A DNA stretch of 64,000 nucleotides from Octopus vulgaris. Lineage: Eukaryota. The stretch spans positions 18,848,001 through 18,912,000 of the forward strand of contig OX597837.1 in the NCBI GenBank assembly GCA_951406725.2. The letters are read 5' to 3'. The position numbers were made by a program, and so were the translations under genes. The notes beneath the pieces were generated by a model. It worked only from the letters and a program-made list of their open reading frames with translations, had not been told where the DNA came from and ran no database searches. Positions 35,229 through 49,575 of this stretch are shown in pieces. Within the stretch, counting starts at the first letter, position 1. Each line of letters opens with the position of its first letter.

Positions 35229-38200
35229 GTAAGTTTGCTGCTTAATCTTACCAGTTGCTTTACTTAAAGTCTTCACACTGATCTTACCTATGTATGACTT
35301 GGGCGTTGATCCAGTATGATCCAGGATTCTGAATTTCCCAGTTATTTTTATATTGTCCACAGAGGTTTATGTGTTTTTGTTTTTTTAATTTTAATGTAAT
35401 TTTGTACTTGTTTCAGTCATTGGACTGTGGCTATGCTGGAGCACCACCTAGAAGTGTTTAGTTGTACAAATCAACCCCAGTACTTAGTTTTTGAATTTTT
35501 TAAAAGTTTAGAACTTATTTTATTGGTCTCTATTTGCCAAACTGCTACGTTATAGTGAAGTAAACCAACACCAGTTGTCAACTTACGGTGGGGGACAAGC
35601 ACAAACATAAAGACACATACACACACATAGATATACATGCATACAATAAGCTTCTTTCAGTTTCCATCCACCAAATCCACTTGTAAGGCTTAGGTCAGCC
35701 TGGGGTTATAATAGAAGTTACTTAGTTGAAAGAGCCATGCAGTGAAAGACACTTGCCCAAGGTGCCAGAACCATGGTGTTAGAAAGCAAACCTTTTGGAA
35801 CACAGTACCACTCTTCATCAATTTTTGTGTACTTAATATGTTTTAGGTTTCCAGTGGTTTTAGCGAATCCAGGTTCTCATCGAAACTTCTAATTTTACTT
35901 AAGAGTTATTGTTGTTGCAATTAGTTCCTGTTTCTCTTAAATTTACTTCTTTTTACCATGGAAAATAAAGTTTCCAAGAACAGCAATAGTAATAGGTTGG
36001 GTGGCTGTGTGTGTGATATGTTCAAAACTTAAGTTTCTGCTTGTTGTAGCCCTCATTCGTGTCCTTCTGTTCACTTGTTGATGAAAGGAAGCCAGGTGCA
36101 TCAGTCTTGAGGTCAACAAACCATGAAATAATTTATAAGAAAACTTCCTTTCTTTTTTCTTTTACCCCACACATCAATAGCATAGGAAAAAATATATTTA
36201 CATTTTTATTTAATGCATAGTGAGGCTTTGTAATCTTGCTTTTGTCTTTTAATCTTTTACTTGTTTTAGTCTAACAAATTGGCTCTTCTTGTACCAGTTT
36301 CTTTTGCTGAACTGCTAAGTTACAAGGATGTAAATAAACGCCAGTTGTCAAGTGATTGGTTGAGAGTGGTAAACACAGACACAAAGATTTTCATATAGAC
36401 GTGTGTATGTATGTGTGATGATTGCTCCATCTTTACTGACGATTGCTGTCTCTTTATGCTTCCTTGTTGTTAATGACATTTCTGACTTTCCATCCATGGC
36501 CTGTCAGATGTCTGTTCAGTCCTACAGCAGATCTGCATAGTTTAAAGCAAGGGTGACAAATGGAAGTTGTAACTTCTGCTGGATTGATAAGCAAAGTCTC
36601 GTGCACTTTCCTCTGCTCAGTCACAATCATCTCCACTAGACTTGATCCCTGTCATAGGAAGACACAACAGTGATGCTAGGGTAAGTTTCCTGTCACCTAT
36701 GTGCATATTTGTAAAAGTGTGCTTCCACCTGGTTAGATCTGTATACATTGCCACTCTTCCATTGTTATGGGACTTTCAGTAGCTGGAATGACAAATGAGG
36801 CCACCATAAAGAGACTCATCATCATCATCATGATCATCTGTATGTCATTGGATTATAGTGATAAACACTCTCTGAGATTTCATGATTAGTATCAAGTGAC
36901 AGAGTGATGTGAGATGGCCAGTAATCACAAGAAACCACAGGTTTTACATCTGAGTGTCCCTCTCCAAGAAGGATACAGCTTAGGGTCCCAAATTCCTGGT
37001 GGTTTTATTTCATGCCCTGACACGATACCAACCAAATGTATTTCCATACTCAGATGGATCGTTGTCATCACAAATGCTAGTTAACTCATAGCTGGGACCC
37101 TGACAAGTGTTACTACTCTGGGTCAGACTAGACCTGGGAACAATAGCGGCCAAGAGATGGTTCCACACACCTCAAAACCCTGGAACTCCTGAACCATACC
37201 CATGAATCATACCCATGGCATATGTGTGTGTGTGTGTATTTGATAGGCTTCCAGACAATTTCCATCTACCAAATATACTCCCAAGCCATTAGTTTGCCAG
37301 GGGCTATAGTAGAATACAATCACCCAAAGTGCCACATAGTGGGATTGGACCTGAAATCATACGCTTGCAAAATGAGCTTCTTAACCAGTAGCCATTCCTG
37401 TGCCAAGAGACAAATAAATGTGCAATGTCGAAACTTTTGCAGTTAAAATTTAATAATTTAGTAGAATGAAATAACCACACTGCTAAACTCCCACACGAAT
37501 GTTTAGATTTATTTCAGTTCTTCTGATTAATTCTGTGTTGTGCATGAAGTAGATATTGTTACCAAAAGCACAATTATGAAAATTAGACTATTTACTATTG
37601 TGATACTGTAATTCATGACTTCTTTCTATAGTGGTTGATCAATGCTAGGGAAGGAAGCTGGATATGTCTTCTCTGAAGAGTGGTCAACAAACTTTGGACC
37701 AGTCTGTCAGGAGACTCCTCTCTTTTTCCTGCACATCATTAGCATAGAAAGAATGTATTTGCATTCTTAATTAACTCACCATGAGGCTTTGTTATGTTTA
37801 GATGTCTGTCTGTTTGTATGATATGTATATATGAAATGGGATTTTGATTCCAAGTCTTGGTGATACATTGAATTCTTGAGCAAAACACTTCATTTTATGT
37901 TGCTCTGAGATCATTTCAACATCTGACATTTGGCACGTCATGCATCTGTACAGACAGTGTCAATCTGATAGCGGGAGCAAGCAGACAGACATAGGAATGT
38001 ATATAGGGGCAAGCATGAATTATGTTTGGTAACTACATATACATAAAGTTTTATCCGTAGAAATGAATTCAACAAAATACTGCTTCACACTCAGGGGAAA
38101 CAATATTTTGTTGAACTCATTGTTTTTCATAAAGCATCTTACCACTTAGATTTTTAATTTTGAATTCATAATCCTAAATAGTCTGAGGATGTTCTGTTAG

Positions 38201-38883
38201 AACAAAGTATACTGCAGTAGATACCATGAGAGAAACTCTCATATTGGCTTTTGGTGAAAAATGCACTCTTGTTGATATTACTAGCAGGGAGAAAAATCCC
38301 TGTCACCCCCAGCACTGAGATCGCCAGATCACATGATTTCAACCTTTCTTGTTCACACCAATGTTGAAAGCTCAACCGCTTGGTCTCACCAATGATGGAC
38401 GCTCAACCACTAGAGATAGGAGTGACTCATCTTCTCACCAATGATATAGAGAAAAACAGTCCCAGAACAGGTACTGGTGTTGCAATTAACCAGTAAATCT
38501 CTTTCTCTTTCCCTGTGTGTAAGTACACACACACACACACAGAGGTGTAGCTGTATTGTAAGAAGTTTGCCTCACAACCACATGATTTCAGGACCAGTCC
38601 TACTGTGTGGCACTTTGGGCAGTGGCTTTCACTCTAGGCCAACCAAAGCTTGGTCAGTGGAAATGGAAAGAAGCCCAATGTGTGTATTTGTGTATGTTTG
38701 TGTTTATCTGCTCAACACTGCTTGACAGTTGGTGTTAGTTTGTTTATGTCTGTAACTTAGCAGTTCAGGAAAAAAGACTGATCCAAGTACTGGGCTCAAT
38801 TTGATCAACAAATCCCTTCAAGGTGGTGCCCTAGCATGACAGCATTCCAATGACTGAAACAAGTAAAAGATAAAACATATATA

Positions 38884-40182
38884 TAGGGTGTGGTAAATAT
38901 ATTGTCGTCTAAATTATGCAGGAATCAAAATAACACTGACATCTCATTTTAACAGATTTATTTGCCAAAATTACATAAAAATATCTTGAAATACTAAAAA
39001 GTAAATTTATTTAATAAAATTGCCATTGGCTTCAGCCACAGCCTTCAGACAACTTTGGAATCATCTGCGATTCTTCTGGATTGTCTCCTTGTTTAAGTTG
39101 GTGAATGCTGTCATAATCCTTGCCTTTAGTTCATCTTTGGTATTACAAGGAGTTTTGTTGGTCTCTTGCTCAACTGCAACTCACACAATAATCAAGAGGG
39201 TTGCAATTTGGTTAGTTAGGTCACCAGATGTTAGGGGTTATATGGTCACAGAAATTGCCTGACAGCCATAACTGTGTTCTCCTGCTTGTGTGGCATGGTG
39301 CAGAATCCTATTCCTAGACATAGGGTCTTCCAGCAGCTACCCTCCTGACCCAGGGCAGCATTACCTCTTCCAGGCACTTGATGTAGGCCCCCATGTTGAG
39401 TCTGAGGCCGTGTGGGAAGATGAATGGAGGCACAACATCGCCATCACTAGTGATCACTCGAAACACCATGATGTTGACTGGATGTTTAATTTTTATCACT
39501 GTTGGTACATGTTTTGGGGACACAGCAAGCCAATGGTTGTTTTGCGTGTTCATCATCTGGTCCTTGCAGAAATTTTTCTTGTCTGAGAAAAACCAAAATA
39601 TGTTTGGTTGGAGGGGATGCTTGAGTTTGTTCAAAAGCTTCGTAGTACGGTCTTTCCTCTTGTTTTTGATGGCTTGGGATAAAAATTAGTCCTTTCTCAT
39701 CTTGTATGAGGAATACTGAATGTCTTCATGCACTACCTGCCTGATAAGAAACCCAGACACTCCCATGTCCCTGGTGATGGACCTGATTGACTTGGAGGGA
39801 TCGTTGGCAATCATGGCCTGGATCTCACCAACAAATTCAGGAGTTCTTTTCTTATCAGAACGATCAGAGTGAGTCTTCCGAGCTGCCATACCTTCATAAT
39901 TACCATCAAATAGACTCATCCACCTCTTTCCAAATCCTCTGCACTGTCCTGAGATTGACACCCAAACACTCTGAAATGTTTGCATTGGAGCTTCTGGTGC
40001 GAATGCCAAGCAGTACAGCATGTTGTTTCCAAATTTCTGGCTGAGTGAATTGCGTCATGGTGCTGTTTTTCTCACAGACAGTGCCCAACTGGCCCTACTA
40101 TATTTGTAGTTAACAAATTCAAAAACAAACAATGCACATGCATGAAAATATGAAATAGTGACAATTTACCCATCGCACCCTG
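38884..40182 (-). mobile_element. maT-type (DD37D) Tc1/mariner transposon, near full length, pseudogenised
   Basis: TA-flanked TIRs tagggtgtggtaaat / atttacccatcgcaccctg. Transposase pieces FWFFSDKKNF...MVF..ITSDG, then D-SAPCH...W*PN*PNCNPL-D with 37 residues between the last two Asp. Confidence 0.88.
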
Positions 40183-40531
40183 TATGTGTATATATATACA
40201 TATTACCTTTTTTTTTTTTATCTTTTACCTGTTTCAGTCATTAGACTGCAGCCATGTTCCCTGTCACTACCTTGAAGAAATTTTAGTTAAAGGAATTGAT
40301 CCCAGTACTTATTTTTTAAAACCTGATAGTTATTCTTTTGTTCTCTTTTGCCAAACTGGTAAGTTATGGAATCTAAACACACCAGCACCAGTTGTCCAGT
40401 AGTGGTGGAGAACAAACACAGACACAAAGACACACACACACACACGCACACACACATAAATATATATATATATATATATACACAACACGCTTCTTTCAGT
40501 TTCCATATATATATAATTTTTATCATTGTAG

Positions 40532-40641
40532 CTCACCAAAACTCAAGATTCAGCGGTGAGGGTAAGGAAATTGCATCTTAGCATACAGATGGCCCGGCAG
40601 ATGTTTTATCAGGCAACATTAAATGAGTCTGCTTTCAAACA
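40532..40641 (+). CDS. Unrecognised spliced gene, coding exon 2 (LTKTQDSAVRVRKLHLSIQMARQMFYQATLNESAFK[Q])
   Basis: Acceptor ttttatcattgtag| and donor CA|gtaagg. 110 nt open frame, phase 0 to 2. Confidence 0.6.
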
Positions 40642-40866
40642 GTAAGGAAAAGATGTTTATTTTGTTGTTATTTTCTTTATTTACTTTTGTTTCAAAAATT
40701 TGATGTACATATATGGTCATATGTGTATGCATGTGTATTTGTATATTTGCCTATGTATCTATCTACCTATCTATATGTGTGTATGTATGTTTATATATAT
40801 GTTTTGCTTAGGCATTGCGATATTAATAGTTTAGTGTAGAACTCAGTATACATTTTTCTGAATGAA

Positions 40867-41604
40867 GTGTTATTCGAGTGCAGAGCAGTAATAAGAAAAA
40901 AAAGATGACAAAGAAACAGGCCTGGAAGGATGGGGGTAGCAAGGAACTGTACCAGGTAGCCAAAAGGGAGGCTGGGCGGCAGGTATACATATCCAAGGGT
41001 GAAGCGGAAAAGAAGTTTGCCAATGTCCAGCAGCATGAGGGCCAAAGAACTGAGGTAATATGCTGTGACTGCGAAGACTCGACAGTTAACGTGTGTTCAT
41101 GGCTGTTTCCTGCACCAGCTTCACATAGCAGCCCCAGCCCATCCATAGTACCCTGGATTGCAGAACGACCTGCTGTGCTTACCCTGGATTGTAGAGCAAC
41201 CTGCTGTGCTTGAAGAGACCTATTGAGTCAAATATATCAACATCAAAATAAAAATCAAGTGGAAATTGTAGTTGTGATACCTGTGCCAGTGGCATGTAAA
41301 AAGCACCATCCAAATGTGGACGATGCCAGTGCTGCCTTGACTTGGCTTCTGTGCCAGTGACACATAAAAAGCTCTAACCGATCGTGGCCATTGCCAGCCT
41401 CCCCTGGCCCCTGTGCCAGTGGCACGTAAAAAGCACCCACTACACTCACGGAGTGGTTGGCATTAGGAAGGGCATCCAACTGTAGAAACACTGCCAGATC
41501 AGACGGGAGCCTGGTACAGCCTCCTGGCTTCCCAGACCCTGGTTGAACTGTCCAACCCATGCCAGCATGGAAAACAGACATTAAACGATGATGATGATGA
41601 TGAT
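40867..41604 (+). mobile_element. Internally deleted RTE LINE (ORF linker piece plus 3' UTR and (ATG)n tail)
   Basis: KKQAWKDGGSKELYQVAKREAGRQVY..GEAEKKFA, followed by a 3' UTR homologous to 54741-55330 in reverse. Confidence 0.75.
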
Positions 41605-41899
41605 AGTCAATAAATCATAAATTTGAAAGAGAAGCACACTAAGTTATACAGTAGTATAGTATTTAGATAAAGATAGTTATGGCCAGTCTATGGAGTTACC
41701 CAAGGTTTCATGTCCATGAAGTGCTTCGCTTTACAGCGTCTTTACAGCATCTCTTCAGACCCTAATGGCCGGTGGTCTATAACCTCTCTTGAAAGTGGAG
41801 GGAGAAAAGACCTCATAGCTACTTGTTGAACACATGGATAAAGAGAATGGTTTAGCACAAGGGATTGTCTTCCTTAGACTGCTATCTGAAACTGACCTG

Positions 41900-42210
41900 G
41901 TTGGTTTGTGGGCCCCAGGACTTTAGTAGGAATCTCCTGAAGTGTAAGAAGGATCCGAAGACGTCTGTCCTGGAATTTAAGATGTTCCCTGGGTCGAGGG
42001 AATTCTTTAATATTCTCATCCATTTCAGCTATGCACAGCATGTTATGCTTGCTTCCGTTGATGTGGGGGCCTGATCTTTCTTGGATGTTCCATAAGATTA
42101 TGTGTGGAATCAATTCATCCTTCAGGTGCCACACATGGCTAGCAAGGGGTGTAGCGTATGATCTGTCTGGGATCCTAAATGAAGATCTGTGGTTGGGAAG
42201 GTGTTTCTGG
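41900..42210 (-). mobile_element. Penelope-like GIY-YIG endonuclease C-terminal remnant
   Basis: NHRSSFRIPDRSYATPLASHVWHLKDELIPHIILWNIQERSGPHINGSKHNMLCIAE matches the recalled PLE motif NHKSSF....T.LS.HIW.LKD..I.Y.I.W.I......Y.NG...C.LC..E. Confidence 0.75.
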
Positions 42211-42714
42211 AATATCCAATGTATCTTCATATACTGCTGCTGCTTCTGCTGGTGCTGGTGGTGGTTTTGGTGCTGTTGGTGGTTACAGCCATCATCGTTG
42301 CTGTTGGAGCTGTTATCAACGCTATATTGGTGGTGGCTGTTGTTGTTGTTGTTATCATTATTAGCATTATCATGATCAGTGATGTTGCTGCTATTTCTGT
42401 TAGAGTTGCTGCTGTTGCCATTCCTGCTACTGTAGTAGTAGTTGGGAAAGCTGCTGCTTCTATCAGGGTCAGATACCACCTAAGCTTTGTTAACAACCCC
42501 CTTGGTTTCACGTTGGCCTCCCACTGGGCATCTGCTGTTGTCCCTGCATTGAGCATCCTACCTCTGCTCATAGGCTAGGGGTGTTAACTAAAATACTCTT
42601 GATATTAGGGTCACAACCCTACATCACGGGTGGAAGTGGAATGCTCATGCAGGGACTACAACATATTCCCAGTGGGAGACTACAGGGACTACAGCAGATG
42701 CTCCCAGGGCCAAA

Positions 42715-43131
42715 CAGTCAATTGTTTTGAAGCGATTGAGGGAGAACATTCAGTAAAAGCAAGTGGACCTGTGGAGCGCAATAAACTGGATTCTTCACCG
42801 AGCTCTCCTCACTCATGAATTTCAAAAACAATGTGGTATTACTTCTGCACCCATGCTATTCACCAGATTTAGCACCTGCAGATTTCCATCTCTTCCTCAA
42901 GATGAAAATACAGCTCAAAGGTCATCATTTTAACACTATTGATGAGATTCAGAGCAAATCACAGAAGCTCCTTGGCTTGCTTACAGAAAACGACTTCCAG
43001 GCTGGATTCGAAAAGTGGCAAGAACACTAGGATCAGTGTATTGTAGTGCATGGTGACTATTTCAAAGAGGATGATGTTAAATTATATTTTTTTTTAAACA
43101 ACTAGTCCAGGAATCCTTTGATACCACCTCA
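42715..43131 (+). mobile_element. Mariner 3' fragment
   Basis: HPCYSPDLAPADFHLF..MK..LKG.HF motif followed by right TIR actagtccaggaatcctttgataccacctca. Confidence 0.88.
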
Positions 43132-44393
43132 TATATGTCCGCACTAATGTATATGATATAAATTACGGAGTACTATTTACATTTTACAAGCTAATACAGA
43201 TATCGAAGGCTAATTCATCAAATGTATAGAATATCATGGTTACATTGGTTCTTCAACTTCAGTATACAAAAAGCCATCTTCAAATATTAAAGTATGGAAA
43301 ACAATAAATTAATAAAATAGTTTTCAATAAAAGGGAGGAAGGGAGATTTTGTAAGATATTAAAAAGGAGCAGTGGGTAGTGGTGGTGGGAATTAAGATTG
43401 TGCATATGATAAAGAGAGAGAGAGAGAGCGGAGAGAGAGAGTCAGACAGCTTATTGTTAATAACCTGGAAATATTAATAATGGAGATAAAAAAGAAGAAA
43501 GTTTAATGAGATGAGAGAGGAGTTTGCAGATATTGTTTTCAAAATATAGCAATCAATATCAACAAAAGAAGAAAAAATGAAAGTAAAAATTATGATGAGA
43601 GAGAGGAAGACAGAGTAAGAACAATAGAAATTAGTATGGGAAACTGGAGGATACTAGGCTATATAAATCAAACAAAACACAGTGAATATTTATCATTTAG
43701 GAAGAAACAATGATACAAACCAAACTGAACAGTGTTTAGAAATATATAATTAATAATATAAGACAGCTAGATATATAAAAGAAATGTTGCTGCACCTTGT
43801 AAATTCGAATCCTGCTGAGATCCCTTTTGTCTTTCTTCTGTCTCTCAAAGTATGGGTTGAGAGACAGAAGTTGGTGACAGAGTTGATATGGTTGAGGATA
43901 GCCAGTATCTTTTAACTTTTACTTGTTTTGGTCATTGGACTGTGGCCATACTGGGGTACTGCATTGAAACATTTTAATTGAACAGTTTGACCCTAGTTCT
44001 TAACCTTAAGTTTTGTACATTTTTTATTGGTCATTTTCGCTGAACTGCTAACTTAAGAGGATGAAAACAAACCAACACTTGTTGTCAAGCAATAGTGGGG
44101 GAGGGGAAGATACATGAAAAGACACACACACACATATACATATGTGTGTGTGTGTATATTTATATTCTTTTATTCTTTTACTTGTTTCAGTCATTTGACT
44201 ATGGTCATACTGGAGCATCACCAAAAAGGTTTTTAGTTGAGGAAATCTACTCTAGGACTTATTCTTTGTAAGCTTAGTACTTATCCTATTGGTCTCTTTT
44301 GCCAAACAGCTAAATTATAGGGATGTAAGCACACCAACATTAGTTGTCAAGCAATGGTGTGGGGACAAACACAAAGACACACACACGTAAATA

Positions 44394-44465
<72 letters not shown>

Positions 44466-44564
44466 GGTATGTGTATATATATATTGGCCCGTTCGCTTAG
44501 CCAGCGGGGTGGCATCATTTGAAGGCTAAAACAATGTGTACACAAGTCCTCAACTGTCATAGCC

Positions 44565-45221
44565 CATGGCAATGAAAGATAGGCTATGAGAGCTGAGGAC
44601 ATAAGAGGAATCAGATGTGATGTGCAAGAGAGATGACTGTGCTGGTATGTTCATGTGATGCTTATGGACAAGGACAGCTGTGTAAAGAAGGGCCAATCTC
44701 TAACTGTGAAGGGAACCTGTGGTAAAGGTAGGCTTAGAAAGACATGGGACAAGGTGATGAAGCATGATCTTCAAACTTTGAGCCTCACAGGGGCAATAAC
44801 TGGTAACCGAGAATTTGGTAATGTGCTGTGCTTGAGAGGACCTATCAAGCCAAGTCCACCCATGCTGGTGGCACATAAAGAACATCTTTTGAATGTTGGG
44901 TCTCACAGAGGCAAAGTGGCTGAGTTCCTTTTGAGTGTTGTGCCTCATGGAGGCAATGACCATGTCTGTTGGCATTATATCATGCTTGAGAAGAAGACCC
45001 ATCAAGACGAGCAAAATCATAGTTGTGACAGATACTAGTGTCACACAAATGGTACATAAAAGCACCCATTACACTCTTGGAGTGGTTGGTATTAGCAAGG
45101 GCACCCAGCCATAGAAAACCATGCCAAATCAGACTGGAATCTGATGTAGCCTTCCAGTGTGCTAGCCCAGTCAAACCATCCAACCCTGGCCAGCATGGAC
45201 AATGGATGTTAAATGATGATG
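44565..45221 (+). mobile_element. RTE LINE 3' fragment
   Basis: MDKDSCVKK..LTVKGTCGKGRLRKTWDKVMKHDL is homologous to ORF 55296-55697; ends in an (ATG)n tail. Confidence 0.8.
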
Positions 45222-46045
45222 ATATATATATGCCAGGCTTCTTTCACTTTCTGTCTACCAAATCCACAAGGCTTTGGTCAGCCTGAGGCTACAGTAAGAG
45301 AAACTTGCCCAAGGTGTCATGCAGTAATACTGGGACCATGTGGTTGGGAAGCAAGCTTTTCATATATATATAGATATAGATAGATAGATAGATAGACATA
45401 CACAAACACACACACACACACAGAGGGCTTCTTTGAATTTCCATCTACCAAATTCACCCACAAGGCCCTGATTGGCCGAGGGCTGTGGTAGACACTTGCC
45501 TATGGTGTCATTCCTGCAGTAGGACTGACCCTAGAACTATAAGCATAATATCAATAGAATGAAGATTTAAGTGCAGTACAGGTTAAGGGTTGATATAACT
45601 GAAAATACCCAGTTTGGCCACAGTCACTGGAATCCTTGTTTTTATGGGAAGAAAGGGATGTGTGGTTTCATTTCTTGTGTATTTGTTTGTTCCTCCTCAC
45701 ACTCCTCCTCCTCCTTAATGGCTTGGCCTCCTCCTCCACCGCTTACTTTAAGATAAGAAATTACAGACCGACATTAATGCATGTTTAAAGATAAATTTTC
45801 AACTTCTGGGAAATCTATTTCAGTTGTTTATAATAAGGCAATGAGATATCCCAGAATTCTCTGTTGTGTAGCCATAATAAGAGTTTAGTTCTCAACATAC
45901 CATTGTCACCAGGTAAAAATCAAAGTAGCCGTACCTTCAATTATACAAGCATAATCTTTTGGTAAGTGTCTTTTATAATTTTGTATGCATAATGCAGTGG
46001 TGTAGTGTTTGTGTGTGTTTACGTACATGTATATATGTATGTGTG

Positions 46046-46098
<53 letters not shown>

Positions 46099-49000
46099 CC
46101 ACATTGCTTTTGTGAATTTATTATTTACAGTTGCTAAATATAAAAGTAGTAATCTCTCTCTTGTGTTTGTATGTATTGTGTATATTAATAGTTTCCTATA
46201 TTTTTCTGTGTGTGTGTGTGTGAGCATGTGTATGTATAAATAAACATAGAGTAGGCACAGGCATAGCTCTGTGGTAAGAGCTTCCTAACCACATGGCTCT
46301 AGGTTCAGTTTCACTGCATGGCACCTTGCGCAAGTGTCTTCTGCCAAGTCTGACCAAACCCTTATGAGTGGATTTGGTTGATAGAAATTGAAAGAAGCCT
46401 GTTGTTTATATATTAAATCAAGAGCCATATTATCCACACTAACGCGCAGTTATCATCTGAGGTGCTGTATGACAGCCAGGAAGACATAGACCCTCTCCAC
46501 TTTCCAGTTTTCATTTTTGTCAGTCGACTGCTACTGTTGTTGGTGTTGTTATTGCTTTACCTTAAGTCAACAAACCTATCATCAAAGACATTCTAGCCGT
46601 GGCCAAATCATGTTTTATTTCAGGTATTGTGTATTTATGACTACATTATCCTTGTGTCTTTTTCTGTTTTTCTTCTCTCCTTTTTTAAGATGGCAGAATG
46701 AGATCTGGGGAAGATTTGATTCATATTTCTAGCATGATGAATGACCACATGCAGGCCGTTTCATTGGTTGCATGTTTTAAAATTGTGGCTGGCCACAGCA
46801 GAAGCAAACAAAATGCATTTGGTTCATATGGGACAGTTGCTCTTTCTCTCCACTTACCAATGAATCTATTATTCTACTATAGTGTTCATACTATCCAATG
46901 TACCCTTTTTTTTTAGAGAAGAGAGCATAATATGAGGAAGATTAAGCTACTGTTTTTGTCAGGTCATGCAACCATGTGGAGGCTCCTACATTGACCCATG
47001 TGATTTGTTTCAAACATATGCCTTGGACAACATTTTTGTTTCATGTTCTGATCTGTTAAAGCATGGAGTAATCAGTGAACCTTGTCATTTTGGCCTTTTA
47101 ATAGTTTAATACTGACAGGGGTCACATACTCCGCCTGAGGATTGTATTTCTTCATTAGTAGAGACAAGTTCTCCTTTGGTGAAGCAGAAATTATGTAGGT
47201 CCAATGAATCAGTTTGTTGAAGCTTGCTCCACTGCATACCAACCTTCCACAATTCAAGACTGTGATTTTTTTATCATTGAGGTTTACTCCTCTAGGTATG
47301 TTTGGTCCAGGACTATTTATTTTTATGTTCACAGCAAATCTTCGTATCTGAATGCCTTTCCCCTGTCTGCCACACAGTGGATGGAAGTTTTCTCTCCACA
47401 TCATTTGGCCCTCAAAGCAGTGAAGTTGGACTGAGAAGTGTGGCAGGTAGACTTTGTTGCTGTGGCCCAGGTTGGAACCTGACTATAATAGAATAATGGA
47501 ATAAATTATCTGCATCATTTGTTAGGACACTGCATCCTTAAAAAATTTAATTCTTCCTGAAACTCACCAATGCTATTCCTACATCCTTTGCACTTTATGG
47601 CTTTTATACAATTCACTTTTTTGATGTCTTGTGAATTATCCTGTGTATTATGCATGTACTTTTGTCTACATTGCAGTCTTTCTTTACTTGTTGCTTTCTA
47701 GCTCTTCTTTTCTTCTTTTCTAAATGTAAGCTCATTATATATTTTTTTGTATTGCCTAATATATCTTTTTTTTTAAGATGGTTATGTATAACTAACCCAT
47801 TCTGCATGTGTCTCGGCATTGCTGACTTGTGAGGTTTATCCTGAACTGCTGCTTTTGCATGTGGGATAGATTCAGTTATCAGCTGAGGCCATAATGATGA
47901 TTGTCCCACGCCCTTCTTTAACTGGGCCAGAAAAGCAATTTTTTTTTTCTGGTTGTTCACTATAGTGAAAGAGATTCTGTGGTGGATGAAATGATTGTCA
48001 CACCACCTTCCTTTAACTGGGTCATGAAGGTAATATTCCTCTGGTTGATCACTATAGCAAAAGAAGTTGTGTGATGGGTGAAACTGGAAGGTTTGAGGAC
48101 AAACACTTTCCTCTTTGATCAGGCCAGGCATTTGTTCTTGGTGTTTATTGCAATTTTAGACCTGTTGTGTTTCTCGGTTAGATATTCTCTGTTTTAGGAT
48201 TGCTTCATTATTTAATTTTTGTATACTATTTATATATATTTGTATTTCATGCTTTACTTTTTAGTCATTCAATTTCCCATGTAAATCCTCACTTTTTGTC
48301 TATCTTCTGTCTTTGTGTCTCATCCATTGATAAGATAAAGTAGTGGGGTCAACGGTATCAACTGATCCCCTACCTTCAAAATTATTGGCTTTGTGTCAGT
48401 AATTTAGTAATTACCACCACTATTATTATCAATACTATTAATATGCCAACTTGTTGTTTTGGTGTGTATGTACCTGTGGTATGTGTCACATTTACTTCAA
48501 AGGAAGAAGTGAGTGGCAATTTGGGAGAGAGGAGGACAGAGAGAAAGAGAGAGAGACAGTGAGTGGTGACTGCGTTCGTTTTGTGTTTTTAAATGTTTAT
48601 CACATCACAAGAAAAGTAGATACATAGATCCAAAGGAAAGTTGATACATAGATACATACACACATTGTTAAATTAAAAGCAGGAGAGAGGAGGGACACAG
48701 AGAAAGTGAGAGAGACAGTAGATACATAGATCAAAAGAAAAGTTGATACAGAAACGTAGAGACATTGTTAAATAACTACAGCAAATATTAGATGTCACTT
48801 CCACTTTTCATTACCATAAAAGGATAAAATTAACTTGCAAGTAGCTGAATACTCCACAGACATGCTTACCATTAACATAGTTCTCAGGAAGATTCAGCCT
48901 CGCACAGAATATGACAAGGCTGGCCCCTTTGAATCATAGCTACAACTCATTTTGGCCAGCTCAGTGGACTGGAACAAGACAAACCTTCAAGTGGTTGGAA

Positions 49001-49269
49001 GAAAACGAAAAAAGATCCCATATAGAGGCAGGAAAATCTTTTTAGTCATTAGGGTCATTATGGGTGTTAATCCGGTCTTAACAGCGGCATTTGTGGGTCT
49101 CACAGATCAAGGGACCAAATCCCCAGATAAACACTGATGCACAGGCTGTTATCAAACTAAGCGTGAGACGAGGGCGAATACATGGTGGAATAGCAATTAT
49201 TTCGTCTTAGCTTTCACTGCTTATACTAAACACATGACATCTTTGCCTTACAATATGAAACATTTCCTC

Positions 49270-49575
49270 TTCCTTCACTCTTTTCAAAAAATGGCACTCT
49301 GTTGCTTACAACGACAAGGTTCTTGTTCATCTGATCAATGGAACTGTCTGCTTGTAAAATTAACATGCAAGTGGCTGAGTACTCCATAGACATGCATGCT
49401 ATAAGATAGTTCTCAGGGTGATTCAGCCTCACACAATGTGACAAGGCTGGCCCCTTTGAATTACAAGGTGAAGTAGAGTACCTTGCTCAAGAACACAGTG
49501 CACCGCAGGGTATTGTGCTCATGACTTTGCGAACGTGGGTTGAATACACATAACCACTGAGCCATGCATCTTCAC
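49270..49575 (-). mobile_element. tRNA-derived SINE (family D); partial second copy at ~48830-48980
   Basis: Minus head gcatggctcagtggtta...tgtgttcttgagcaag. Body aacatgcaagtggctgagtactcca...gacaaggctggcccctttgaat is duplicated nearby. A related head occurs at 58930-59270 (+). Confidence 0.65.

Noticed and set aside
41874-42578. Long low-complexity ORFs (poly-N/Q/H or poly-V/T)
   Set aside because: They derive from a degenerate trinucleotide tract fused to a Penelope-like endonuclease relic.
47072-48131. 110-172-aa ORFs as genes or extra exons
   Set aside because: No recognisable motifs and no phase-compatible splice pair found; likely decayed repeat sequence.
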